Below the pieces are notes generated by a model. That model was given only the letters and a program-made list of their open reading frames with translations, was not told the origin of the DNA and made no database searches. Position numbers and translations under genes: made by a program. Source: Acidobacteriota bacterium (GTDB taxonomy: Bacteria; Acidobacteriota; UBA6911; RPQK01; JAJDTT01). Taken from it: a stretch of DNA of 64,000 nucleotides. Numbering within the stretch: position 1 is the first letter of the stretch; each line of letters opens with the position of its first letter. The stretch is taken from assembly GCA_965209055.1 (NCBI GenBank), contig OZ242374.1, positions 2,784,001 through 2,848,000 on the forward strand, read 5' to 3'. Positions 1-10,033 of the stretch are shown in pieces.

Positions 1-508
1 CCATCAGTTCACCCTTACTTGTCTCTAGACGCTTAAGGAACTGGCGTACCTTCTTGCCTCGACCACCGCCGTCCCAAAGAACCGATACATCGGGGATATA
101 CTCGGGGTCCTTTACAACTGCGGCATCGGCGACCTCGAAGCTGCCGTCCCGGGGGCGAAACGCTATACGAATCCGCGAGGCGGTGTAGTCGCTACGGAGC
201 ACTTCTTTCCCCGTTAGCACTGTGTAGAGACTGGTCAAGCGCTGCTGTCCGTCTACGATCATGAGGCGCGGTGCAGCTTCGTGGGCATGCGTGCCGATTC
301 GACGGGCACCTATTTCGACGCCGGTTGCCCAGAAGAGCAGATTGCCAACGGGGAAACCACGGTACATCGAGTCAAAGAGGTCTCGGACCTTAGCCGGCTT
401 CCAGACAAACGGGCGTTGGATGTCCGGCAGAGCGATCTCGCCTCTGTCGATCTCCTCAATTAGGGTGGACAGGCTGTAAGAGCTATCCTTGAAGACGGTG
501 ATTGCCAT
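1..508 (-). CDS. DUF262 (GmrSD-type) protein, N-terminal part; runs off the window edge
   Basis: Manual translation from ATG at 508: MAITVFKDSSYSLSTLIEEIDRGEIALPDIQRPFVWK...LMIVDGQQRLTSLY, with the DUF262 QR and DGQQR motifs. Close paralog of 32143-34428. Confidence 0.85.
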   Translation of the reverse strand, partial: MAITVFKDSSYSLSTLIEEIDRGEIALPDIQRPFVWKPAKVRDLFDSMYRGFPVGNLLFWATGVEIGARRIGTHAHEAAPRLMIVDGQQRLTSLYTVLTGKEVLRSDYTASRIRIAFRPRDGSFEVADAAVVKDPEYIPDVSVLWDGGGRGKKVRQFLKRLETSKGELM

Positions 509-654
509 GTGGAAATTCGGGTAATGGTGGTCTCATTATCCAACTGGGACGCGCAGGGCAACCGAGAGTATACAGACTGCCTCGTTTGCTCCGCAAAACC
601 CTGAATTGACCTACAATAAAACGTCCTGAAGCGGATTCGTTATCTCAAAAGGAA

Positions 655-673
655 GCTAACTGTCCCCGTTTCC
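655..673 (+). repeat. GACYGTCCC junction motif, variant copy
   Basis: GCTAACTGTCCCCGTTTCC between the DUF262 and res genes. Confidence 0.5.
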
Positions 674-789
674 CAACGCACCGTACCTCCCGCTGGGTAA
701 CCGATGGCGACCACTTCGGTCAGGACTCGCTGCAAATTACCTTCGAATATGAGGTGCCGACGCACTCGCCGGCCCTATCCCTTTACGAC

Positions 790-3363
790 CTACCCCGGAA
801 ACAGCATCCCATTCAGCCGCGCCTGCCACTCGTCCTCATCCACGACCTCGAAGCGCATTACCTTGTTTCGCATCGCGGGCACGAACTCGGTCCAATCGGC
901 CTTGCGGGCGTGCTCTCCGCAGATGTCGAAAACGGACCGTTTGTATTCGGTGTCCTCCGACGCCTTCAGGTGAACGCCCTTGGTTTCCACGACGAACACC
1001 TGGCGGAATCCGTCGTCCGCCCCGGGCTCGTCATCCCGCAGCGTCACGATGAAGTCGGCGTAGATCCGCCGCGGCTTCCATCCCTGCACGTAATTGTCCT
1101 TGCGGGCGCGGTTGCGGTACCAGAAGAAGAGCCGCGCCTGCTGGTCCAAGTAGGTCGCGACCTTGTTCTCGAACTGGTTGAGATCGTCCTCCGTGATGGC
1201 GTCGAAGAGGTTGCGCTGGTAGGGGCTACCGTCCTCCCGGTTCGCCCTCTTCGCCTTCGAAACGTCGATCTCCTCGGGAAGACGATTGAAGTCGAGATCC
1301 TCCGCGACGACCAGAAAACGCATCGTCTCCGACTCCAGGAGATCTCGGAAGACCTCGCGCGACAGACGGTCGCGTTCCATCTCGACCGTTCGGCGCAGTT
1401 CTTCGAGTACGAAGACGTGATTGGCGGCCACGCGCTCGGCGGGATATTGCTCAAGCAGGGCCTCGAAGGTACGCCGGGCCAGATCACGTCCCCGCCACGG
1501 ATTGGGAACCAGGTCCAGGAGGTGGCTGGCCGCGAAAAAGTAGTCCACCGGATCCCCGCCATTGGCCGAGTCGGCGTCGTCATGGGCTGCCACGTTTCCG
1601 GGATAGCTGCCGCTCGCCACCTCCGGCTCAGGAACACGTATCTCGCCGGTCAGGTTCGTCCGCAGCAGGTCATCTTCGCGCTTCCCCTCGTCCAACTTCA
1701 GATTGCCCAGCGCCGAGAGGTCGATGTCGTCCCAGGGCAACCGCGAAAGGATGTCCGCTTCGTAGTGGACCAGACGCCAGCCGTCCACGTCCCAGATCAT
1801 GAAGGCGGGAAGGACGAGATCGCGTGCCGCCGCTCGATACTGCGGCGACTGCCGGGTCGCCAGTTTCTCCGTCGGGCCCGTCCGGCCGTCATCGGATACC
1901 ACCCTTCCTTCGAGGCCCTGCAGCCCTTCCATCCCGAATCCCTTCCGGACTTCCTTTAGGAGTTCGTTTCCCCGGCGGCTGAAGCAGAATACGTAGCTCT
2001 CGTCAAGAAAGGGCACTCCCGTCTTGCATGCGTAGGGCTGCCGCAGGATCCGGCCCACCAACTGCGTGATGCCCGTCTTGGACATCGGATTGGTGAGAAT
2101 GGTCAGGACGTAGGCGAACGGGCAGTCCCAGCCCTCCTGCAGCGCCTGTTTGGTGATGATGAAGCGGATTGGACAGTCGCGGGACATCAGGCCGCCAACG
2201 TCGTCCACCTCCTTGAGCTCGTCCTTCGAGCTGGTCTTGACCGCGATGTGCTCCGGGCTGATTCCCGGGTGCTGGAGCAGGTACTCGCGCACATCGTCGG
2301 TGTGAACGTACCCGGGCTTCCTTTGCTGTCTGCCGGTCCTCTCCACTTGAATCACGCAGATGGGCCGGATGTAGGTCCCGGACTCCGCTTCGTAAAGCTG
2401 TGCCTTGGCCTCAAGACTCTCGCGGTGTGCGACGGACTCCAGCAGGGTGTCGCTCCAGTCGCTGCTCGCCTTGTTGCGGATGTGCAGGTCGAGCTTGATC
2501 ATCTCCTCGGCGTTGAGTTCCCGGCCCAGGACCTCGACGAGCACGTTGGCACCTTTGGACGGAGTGGCTGACAGCTCGACGATCATGCAGGGGTTGAACC
2601 CTTCGAGCGTCGCCTTTGCGGTGGCGCTGTACGCCTTGTGGCCCTCGTCGAGAATGATCAGCGGCCGCAAGAGCCGAATCGTGTTGCCCAGGGAAGACTT
2701 GACGTACCGGCTCCAGAAGCCCGTGGTCTGCTCGAAGGTGTCCAGATTGGGGTGTTCCTCCAACATTTTGGTGTGCGCTGGAGGATCGTCGTCCGGGGGG
2801 AAGAACCGGTCGAAGCCGCCGCTGTCACGGAACATCCGGAGAGTGTCCTTCGTCTTCCGGGCGGCCGAGGGCAGCATGAGCAGGAGAACGCAGAGGTTCT
2901 CGGCCACATCGCGCGGGCCGAATGCCATGGTCTTCTCGAAGATGCGGGTGCGCTGACCCGACGACAGATCGAGTTGCTGGCGGTACGGGTGGTCCCGGTC
3001 CTTGAGCGCCTTGAGTGTCTGGTTGTAGATCTGCCTCGTGGGCACGATCCACAACACCAAGCCGCGCCGACTCTGCCGGAAGTGCGCGTTGACGAGATCG
3101 ATCACCCGCGTCGCGAGCAGCGTCTTGCCGCCACCGGTCGGGATCTTGAGGCAGAAGGCGGGAAGCCGCTCGCCAAGTCCGTTGTGGCGGGGCTGGTAGG
3201 GCCTCCCGGGCACAGTCCTGCTCCACGCCCGCTCCACCCAGTCGAATCCCCATTCGGGACCCTGGCTTCGCGCCGCCCTGTCGGTATCCCGCCACGTCGC
3301 GAGCCCTTCAAGGAAGCTGCGGATCGTCGCCAGCGTCCGCTTCTGGTATTCCTTCAGGATCAT
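790..3363 (-). CDS. Type III restriction enzyme Res subunit (SF2 helicase plus PD-(D/E)xK nuclease)
   Basis: Likely start MILKEYQKR at 3363; motifs PTGGGKT, ILDEGH, ELSATP, LQEGWD, QLVGRILR and C-terminal ADF...VVETKG. Confidence 0.9.
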   Translation of the reverse strand: MILKEYQKRTLATIRSFLEGLATWRDTDRAARSQGPEWGFDWVERAWSRTVPGRPYQPRHNGLGERLPAFCLKIPTGGGKTLLATRVIDLVNAHFRQSRRGLVLWIVPTRQIYNQTLKALKDRDHPYRQQLDLSSGQRTRIFEKTMAFGPRDVAENLCVLLLMLPSAARKTKDTLRMFRDSGGFDRFFPPDDDPPAHTKMLEEHPNLDTFEQTTGFWSRYVKSSLGNTIRLLRPLIILDEGHKAYSATAKATLEGFNPCMIVELSATPSKGANVLVEVLGRELNAEEMIKLDLHIRNKASSDWSDTLLESVAHRESLEAKAQLYEAESGTYIRPICVIQVERTGRQQRKPGYVHTDDVREYLLQHPGISPEHIAVKTSSKDELKEVDDVGGLMSRDCPIRFIITKQALQEGWDCPFAYVLTILTNPMSKTGITQLVGRILRQPYACKTGVPFLDESYVFCFSRRGNELLKEVRKGFGMEGLQGLEGRVVSDDGRTGPTEKLATRQSPQYRAAARDLVLPAFMIWDVDGWRLVHYEADILSRLPWDDIDLSALGNLKLDEGKREDDLLRTNLTGEIRVPEPEVASGSYPGNVAAHDDADSANGGDPVDYFFAASHLLDLVPNPWRGRDLARRTFEALLEQYPAERVAANHVFVLEELRRTVEMERDRLSREVFRDLLESETMRFLVVAEDLDFNRLPEEIDVSKAKRANREDGSPYQRNLFDAITEDDLNQFENKVATYLDQQARLFFWYRNRARKDNYVQGWKPRRIYADFIVTLRDDEPGADDGFRQVFVVETKGVHLKASEDTEYKRSVFDICGEHARKADWTEFVPAMRNKVMRFEVVDEDEWQARLNGMLFPG

Positions 3364-3500
3364 TGTTCCAGGCTCTCGATCGCCTTGTAGATCTGGAAGG
3401 GCAACTGCTGGAAGTCGATCTGGTACTTGTGGAGGAAATCGCGATCCAGGTATTTCGTGGGTGCGAAGACGAGCTTTCTTCTTGATCCGGCGCAGCGGAG
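3360..3500 (-). pseudogene. C-terminal remnant of a Type III Mod methyltransferase
   Basis: RKLVFAPTKYLDRDFLHKYQIDFQQLPFQIY resembles Mod C-termini and its stop overlaps the Res start. Resemblance ends at the motif at 3500-3526. Confidence 0.7.
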
Positions 3501-3502
3501 AG

Positions 3503-3526
3503 AAGGTGACCGTCCCCTTCTCACGT
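3503..3526 (+). repeat. GACYGTCCC junction motif
   Basis: AAGGTGACCGTCCCCTTCTCACGT, 23/24 identical to 11472-11495. Confidence 0.8.
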
Positions 3527-3661
3527 CCGGACTGTTGGTCGTGCGCGCTGACGATGAGCGCCGTCCGACCCAACATGCAAGCAGCCACGTAATCGGAGTT
3601 GTCGACCGCCGGACGCTCAACGCCCGATCATCGGCTTGGACACTCAAACGACGTTGTGGCG

Positions 3662-4581
3662 TCATCCAGGTTCCTGCCATTCATACCGCTCGTCCGACTC
3701 CGATTTGCCGCGAACATCCATAACCATCATGCGGCGTATGCCTAACTCTCGGAGCCGTTCTCCGTCGGACCGAAAGACCCGTTGACCTCCATCGCTCTCG
3801 GGCTCAAGCCTAGCCCTATCCTCTGCCGTTGTTTCCTCAACCCCCGTCCTATCGAAATTCCGTCTGGTGTCTTGATTAAGGTCATCGATCGTAGGGGCGT
3901 TCCACCCCGAGAACTCGGGTGGTACCACTACCTCATTGTCCGTAGCGACCGGCACATGGAGGCGTCCGACAGAAACAAACTGAACGAGATGCATATAGTC
4001 CACCTCGGCGATTTCCCACCTCCAGTGCATCGAGACGGATGGTTCGAACAGATAGTGCCAAGGTATGCACTTCTGCTCGACTTCGTCGAGCCTTCTGGTA
4101 AGAAGTGGCACGTCCGCCGCGTCGGCAAGCAAACAGCCAGTCTGGAAAGTCCTGTGACCTCGCCGTCCCTTGGGCTGTTTCCAGATCATTCGCTCTTGTT
4201 CGGTACTGTAGATGCAGTAGACCGGCTTCATTCTTGCAGTGCACGCCCCGGCAATAAGAAGGTCACGCTGTTGTCTGCCGGACGATTTCACTTTGTGTTT
4301 GACCTTCAGGACGCCGTTGCACTGCACCCGCTTTGCTTGTACCCGCATCTTAATTGTTCGCCTGTGCCCGACGATATGCCACTCCCAGTCCGCTCCGCTC
4401 TTCGCTTCCTCGCGCTTCGGGAACGTGCGGACACGTACGAGCTCTGGATGCCGCCGCCTGATTTCCAGAAGATTGCTCTCCGTAATGGTTTCTTCTCCGT
4501 AGCTCACCCAGACGTTGGACGGTGCGAGAATTCCAGATTGCGTGATGTCGAATCGCCCAGTCGGAGCAAGGTGGCAATCAT
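3662..4581 (-). CDS. DUF6615-like PD-(D/E)xK nuclease, probably frameshifted near 4513
   Basis: SYGEETITE...EAKSGADWEW...MRVQAKR. The upstream frame MIATLLRLGDSTSRNLEFSHRP joins to VWVSYGEETIT if one base is added. Confidence 0.6.
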
Positions 4582-4787
4582 GGTTGATTTCAGGTTCTTC
4601 CTCCTCCCGGCACCTGCGGATGAAACTCTGCGATTCCTTACACGGACAGCAATCCGATCCCTATCCAGACACGTATGCACCGTATCCTGCCACATAGACC
4701 TCTTAAACTTTGAGTATAGGCTCGGGCCTGCAAGGGACGCCGGCTACAGCCACCCCTGACTGTCCGAGAGTCTTGGAGGAGCAGGCA

Positions 4788-4805
4788 GGGGACTGTCCCT
4801 TTGTG
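4788..4805 (+). repeat. GACYGTCCC junction motif
   Basis: GGGGACTGTCCCTTTGTG between DUF6615 and the IIG RM gene. Confidence 0.6.
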
Positions 4806-5162
4806 GACAATCCCGGCGCGACGGAGGTGGGGGGCGAAGCGCAGAGTTTCCGGACCCAGGTCGTGGTTTTGCTGGGCGCTGCAGTGGACCCGGCGGCCTT
4901 TTCGGAGATCCTGGTCGAGAAGGGCATTTGGAGCCTGAGTCTCCTGCTGGTCAACCCCGTCCGCTACAGCGAGGATCTGGAACTTTTCTGCTTGGTGCTC
5001 AATCGTGAATTCGACTTGGAGCGCTTAATCCCCTTGGCCGAACCGGTCCAGGTGGAGCAACGCATCGAGTCATCGGATTCCGGAGAATGGCACTGCGGCA
5101 GGGACGGGAACCCCGTATACTGATTGCTCTCGTGCAATAAATAGTGAGGACGAAATTATAGA

Positions 5163-7910
5163 GTGCCCCACCTACGCGAAGAGGTTCTAAACTCCTACCT
5201 CGGCTTGCTTCTTGACAGCTTCGACGGCATCAGCGCAACAACCGAGATGCGTACGTCGAGGTCTGCCATCGATATCACGGTCACTCACTCCGGCGTGCCG
5301 GATCCAGTTCCGATCTTAGTTGAAGCAAAGATTGGAGACTCTCCCGCCAACCGACGGAAGGCTGCCGACCAGGCTCGCTCCCGCCTGCATGGTGCATCCC
5401 GTTCACTTGCATTCGGGCTCTGCTATCCTCGTAACCTGAGGGACGCCTCCGTCTCGGCACACGAGACGCAGGAAGCACTTGCAAGTGCCTCTATTGCCTT
5501 TGCCCCCGTGCGCCGCACGGACTCGAAAACAACGTGGAGAGAAGGAACTGTCGCAGACCTTGCGAACAGCCTTAGAAACACCGATCTGTCCAGGCAGCGG
5601 GTCGCCGATGAGATCGAATGGACTGTTCGTAAAGCGGCCAAATTACTCTACGTGCAGGATTGCGCCAAAGTCGTCGCAAACGCCCTGACGCTACCGAATG
5701 TCAAGGACAAGGATCTGCGTGCCGCCGCGCTTGTGGGGTCGCTGATCCTGTCGAACGCCGCGCTGATTCACCAGCGCCTGCGACTGGTACCGACTCTCTC
5801 GACAATCCCGCCCTTGGAGACGATTCTGGCAGACCAAGGCAATGCGTCCTCGCGTATTCGAGACGCGTGGGGCGCGATTCTCGATATCGACTACCATTCA
5901 GTTTTTTTGCCCGCGCTGACTGTCGTCAACACTCTTTCCGACCGCCAACTCTGGCCCGCCATGGGCTGGATTTGTGAGAATGCCGTTGCCGTCGCCGATG
6001 AGCTTGCCTCGCTCCGCTTCGACCACGCCGGCCCGCTTTACCATCGCCTATTGGCATCCGCGCAATTCGACGGATCTTTCTATACCAACCATGTTTCCGC
6101 GCTCCTACTGGCCCGGCTTGCCCTCCCTGATGACTTGGTGGACTGGTCGGATGTGGACCTCCTCGCACGTCTGAAGGTCATCGATCCCGCCTGCGGGACC
6201 GGCACGTTGCTCATGGCGGCCATGCATACCATCCGCGACCGCCACGACGAGTCGGCACCGGATGGCGCCGAGTCCGACCTCCTGCATCTCGCATTGGTCG
6301 AGGACGCGCTCTATGGATTGGACATCAACCGCCACGGTGTTCAGCTTGCCGCCTGCAACCTGACTCTGGGAAACCCCCGCATCGACTACCGGCGCATGAA
6401 CCTGTTCACGATGCAGCATGGACCGCAGTCCGACGGCGAGGCCAAGGCGGGATCGTTGGAATTCTTGGCCACGGCGAGGGACGAGCGAGACCTCACGAGC
6501 TTCATCAGGCCGCTTGCAACGACCGGAGAGCTGGACGCGGAGCGGGCAGAGCCCGGGGATGCTTCCACCGGCTCGCTTACCGAGCAGTTCGATCTCGTCA
6601 TCATGAATCCTCCGTTCACCCGCAATGACATCCGGAACCGCCAGTACAGCTATCGAGACCGCCGCCGATTGCAGAAACGGGAGATCGAGATTGCGCAGTT
6701 CCTGAAACACCGCAAACCACTCGCATTCAGGGCCATCGACCAGACTAGTGTTAGCACCTTCTTCTCGCCTCTGGCCGACGCATTGCTCAAGAAAGAAGAT
6801 GCAACTCTCGCCAAGGTTGTTCCAACGACAGCGTTGACAAATGCATCAGGTCACTCTGAACGTAAGTTCCTCGCCGATCGATTCCAGATCGAGACTGTCA
6901 TTACGAGCCACGACCCGAGTCGAGTCAATTTTTCGGAGAGCACGACCATCCATGAGTCGCTTCTGGTCGCTCGGCGGCCAGAGACCGAACGTCGTGCCAC
7001 GCGCTTCATCTCCCTCCGGAAAATGCCAACGGACGCGCACGAGGCGATCTTGCTCTCGGACCGAATCAACCTCGGCGAGCCGCTGGGCGAATGGGGAACG
7101 GAACACAGGTGGCCATGGCCGAGAGTGCGCGAAGGAGACTGGACGGCTGCGCTCTACTACCACGCCGAACTGGCGGAGGCGATGCACGATCTGGCGGCCT
7201 TGGCGGCAACCGACCTCGTTCGCGCGGGAAAGATTTGCAGTATCGAGCCGGAGGGGCGGAGAGTTCGAGATGCATTCGTCCGCTATCCAAGGCGGTCAGC
7301 GCCTTGGACCTCGCCTGTGCTTTGGGACCATCCCACGGGGATTCAGACTACGATGCAGGCCGCGGCCGATGTCATGGCGGCCCCGAAGCCTGACAAAGAA
7401 CGATACGCGCATTACACGCTCCTCCCGAAAGCGAGCCGGCTGCTTATCGTCAATCGGCTGCGGACCAACACGGTGCGAGTGGCTGCCTGCTACGCGGACA
7501 ACCCGCTCTTGGGGTCGGCTTGGGTTCCAGTCCGTCCAAAGGCGGCGACTCGAATGTTTGAGAAGGCGCTATGTGCGTGGTGGAACTCGACGCCGGGTGT
7601 CTTGACGCTGCTCCATGCCCGTGCGAAGGCGCTGAACTATTCGCGCTATGCTCTCGATTCGCTTCGTGCTCTCCTCGTGCCCGATCCCGAGTCAGTCGAC
7701 GTCGCGGTACTGGCAGATGCGTTCATCGCTCATCAATCCAGTCCGCTGCAGCCTTGGCCACGCATGAATGAATGTCCCACCCGAGTCGCCCTTGACCGAG
7801 CCGCAGCACGAGTGCTTCGGCTCGACGGACATACCGTAGCGAGGTGGCGCAAGCTGATTGCGAACGAGCCGACAGTGTCAGGTAGTCGTCCCGTATACCC
7901 CATGTCCTGA
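5163..7910 (+). CDS. Type IIG-like restriction-modification enzyme (nuclease plus N6-adenine MTase plus specificity region)
   Basis: N-terminal ID...LVEAK nuclease-like motif, FYT, VIDPACGTGTLL (motif I), YGLDIN, DLVIMNPPF (motif IV). Confidence 0.8.
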   Translation: MPHLREEVLNSYLGLLLDSFDGISATTEMRTSRSAIDITVTHSGVPDPVPILVEAKIGDSPANRRKAADQARSRLHGASRSLAFGLCYPRNLRDASVSAHETQEALASASIAFAPVRRTDSKTTWREGTVADLANSLRNTDLSRQRVADEIEWTVRKAAKLLYVQDCAKVVANALTLPNVKDKDLRAAALVGSLILSNAALIHQRLRLVPTLSTIPPLETILADQGNASSRIRDAWGAILDIDYHSVFLPALTVVNTLSDRQLWPAMGWICENAVAVADELASLRFDHAGPLYHRLLASAQFDGSFYTNHVSALLLARLALPDDLVDWSDVDLLARLKVIDPACGTGTLLMAAMHTIRDRHDESAPDGAESDLLHLALVEDALYGLDINRHGVQLAACNLTLGNPRIDYRRMNLFTMQHGPQSDGEAKAGSLEFLATARDERDLTSFIRPLATTGELDAERAEPGDASTGSLTEQFDLVIMNPPFTRNDIRNRQYSYRDRRRLQKREIEIAQFLKHRKPLAFRAIDQTSVSTFFSPLADALLKKEDATLAKVVPTTALTNASGHSERKFLADRFQIETVITSHDPSRVNFSESTTIHESLLVARRPETERRATRFISLRKMPTDAHEAILLSDRINLGEPLGEWGTEHRWPWPRVREGDWTAALYYHAELAEAMHDLAALAATDLVRAGKICSIEPEGRRVRDAFVRYPRRSAPWTSPVLWDHPTGIQTTMQAAADVMAAPKPDKERYAHYTLLPKASRLLIVNRLRTNTVRVAACYADNPLLGSAWVPVRPKAATRMFEKALCAWWNSTPGVLTLLHARAKALNYSRYALDSLRALLVPDPESVDVAVLADAFIAHQSSPLQPWPRMNECPTRVALDRAAARVLRLDGHTVARWRKLIANEPTVSGSRPVYPMS

Positions 7911-7921
7911 GCGGTCTCCAC

Positions 7922-7933
7922 GGGACCGTCCCC
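7922..7933 (+). repeat. GACYGTCCC junction motif, short copy
   Basis: GGGACCGTCCCC between the convergent IIG RM and herA ends. Confidence 0.5.
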
Positions 7934-8005
7934 AGTAGCGTTCAGCAATACCATTCCTCTTTGTCGCTTCGTCGCGTGTCGGACTTCTGCGAAGATGCCA
8001 GCTCG

Positions 8006-10033
8006 TCAAGGTTTCGTATCGGCCGACCACGTGCGCAATGGTTGGACAATGTCGAAGGGCTCGCTCTTGGGAGCCCACGCCACAAACGGACTCGACGTGC
8101 GTGAGGCGGGTGCTGGATCCGGTAATCGGATTCTCGCTCGCGTCGGGACGTTGAAGGCGCTGCCAACGACAACCGCTTCGCCGGGAGCCAGGATGGTAAT
8201 CTGATCCATCAACCTTCGAGATTGGGAGGGCACGATCTTGCGAAAGTGATCGATGTCTTCGGGGTTCTGGAGGCGGTGAACAACGAAGTTTGCGCACTGC
8301 GAAAGAACGGTCGCGCTAACGTCGCTCGGGCGTTGGCTTGCGGCAATGAGAGAAAGGCCGAACTTGCGGCCCTCCTTTGCAATCCGCTCAAAAGTCTCAC
8401 GGGACACCGCAGAGCCCTTCGACTCGTCTTGGCGACGGGGGCGCACGTAGTTGTGTGCCTCCTCCAGGACGACAACCCACGGCTCCTTGAAACGTGCGGT
8501 GGCCAGCGCGTGTTCACGTACTTCGAGAAGTACCCGACCGATCATGCCGCAAACGTAGGGGAGAACCTCGTGGCCTAGCATTGAGCAATCGACTACGACG
8601 GTCGGTGCTGATTTGTAGTCTCCAATACCGAGCATTGAAAGCCAGTCTCCGATCGAGGTTATACCCAGCGCGTCGTAGTTGTAGAAGGCGTGCCAACGAC
8701 GGTCGTTCCTCCGGTTCTGAATTCGGAGCTGTAGCCCCTGAAGAAACTGTTTGATGCCCCGATCGCCGGGCGCAAGCTCGGCGGCGGCTTCGAGGTTCTG
8801 AGCGTTATCGAGTGTGCTGACCGCGAAATGAACTGGCTTGTCTGCTGTTTGCTCAATCGTGGTGGGTGAGGCATCCAGCCGCCGTTCGGCAGATTCTTTC
8901 ACGCGAAGCAGGGCATCTCGGAACGGGACTTGATCGGGTCCGAAGGACCTTGAGTGGGCCCACTCATTGTCCTTGGCGGGAGCGAGGATGTCATCGATCT
9001 TGTCAACAATCTCCTGCAAGTCCGTTTCCTGTAGTATCCACGGCAGGTAACCGAGGGTTGCCTCCCAGGCCCCGAGGCAGGATTCACCTTTTCTCGCCAT
9101 GTTGGGGTCGTTAATCCAGGCGAGCATTGCACCGATTTGGTTGACTCCGTGCTGAAGGTCCCTGCGTTCCAAAGCGACGCTCGCTCTGGCACCCTTGGCA
9201 AGCGCCCAGAGATTTACGAGGGCAGGCTGTTGCGTTTGCTCGGCGGCGCTCAGCCACTGGCATACCTCGTGAGCATTCATGAGCCAAATCGGCACTGTAG
9301 CCTCGCGTCCGTTTACGTAGATGCGGTTCGGCTGTTTGCCACCCGTGGGTTCCGGCACATCCATGGCCTGGGAATACTCGCCGTTCAGGTCAAGTATGAA
9401 GAAACGAGGTCTTGGCCAAGACTTACCGTGGACCGCCGCCGCCGACTGTAGGAGCGTTGCAATCGTACAGGATTTGCCGGAGCCGGTGTTACCAACTATG
9501 GCGAGAGGCCGCGAAAACAGATCATTGTATGAAGCGACAACTGTGCGATTGGTCGCGGCGGTGGCGCTTCCAACTTCAAGCGCGGAATCGAATGGGTCTT
9601 TCGACAACCAGCCGGCTGGCCTATTCCGAATTGGTGCTCGTTCAAGAACCGTTTGCAGGGTGTTCGTCGTGGCTGGCTGTGCCGGCGTATCCAGGGTTGG
9701 AAGGACAGTTACGCCGGGATCAAAGGCCATCTCACCACCGTGGGTCGATCGGACGACCCCGAGAAGCTGAACCGTTGCGGTGCGTCTCGGACGGACCAGT
9801 TCAAGGGACAGCCGCTGATCTTCTGGCTCAAAAACCTCCCGTGCGTAAAGGTCAGTAATGATTCCCAAGACATCCTCGCCGGCACCGATCGCAAAGGTGA
9901 TGAAGGCGTTGACCTTGACCTGAGTTGCCGCCCCGTCAAGCCCCGCTCGAATCGGGCTTCGATGGTCACGATTCAACTCAACCTTGACTCTGAATCCGTG
10001 CACTTCTACAACGCGCCCGAGCGGCTCAGTCAA
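8006..10033 (-). CDS. herA: HerA/DUF87 ATPase of a Sir2-HerA defence system
   Basis: N-terminal HAS-barrel-like region, Walker A GNTGSGKS, LDLNGEY, Walker B LEEAHNY, KEGRKFG, SQRPS. Confidence 0.9.
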   Translation of the reverse strand: MTEPLGRVVEVHGFRVKVELNRDHRSPIRAGLDGAATQVKVNAFITFAIGAGEDVLGIITDLYAREVFEPEDQRLSLELVRPRRTATVQLLGVVRSTHGGEMAFDPGVTVLPTLDTPAQPATTNTLQTVLERAPIRNRPAGWLSKDPFDSALEVGSATAATNRTVVASYNDLFSRPLAIVGNTGSGKSCTIATLLQSAAAVHGKSWPRPRFFILDLNGEYSQAMDVPEPTGGKQPNRIYVNGREATVPIWLMNAHEVCQWLSAAEQTQQPALVNLWALAKGARASVALERRDLQHGVNQIGAMLAWINDPNMARKGESCLGAWEATLGYLPWILQETDLQEIVDKIDDILAPAKDNEWAHSRSFGPDQVPFRDALLRVKESAERRLDASPTTIEQTADKPVHFAVSTLDNAQNLEAAAELAPGDRGIKQFLQGLQLRIQNRRNDRRWHAFYNYDALGITSIGDWLSMLGIGDYKSAPTVVVDCSMLGHEVLPYVCGMIGRVLLEVREHALATARFKEPWVVVLEEAHNYVRPRRQDESKGSAVSRETFERIAKEGRKFGLSLIAASQRPSDVSATVLSQCANFVVHRLQNPEDIDHFRKIVPSQSRRLMDQITILAPGEAVVVGSAFNVPTRARIRLPDPAPASRTSSPFVAWAPKSEPFDIVQPLRTWSADTKP

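Noticed and set aside
3364-3588. N-terminal extension of Res in the 932-aa ORF
   Set aside because: It runs out of frame through the Mod remnant and the junction motif; the Res-like sequence begins at MILKEYQ.
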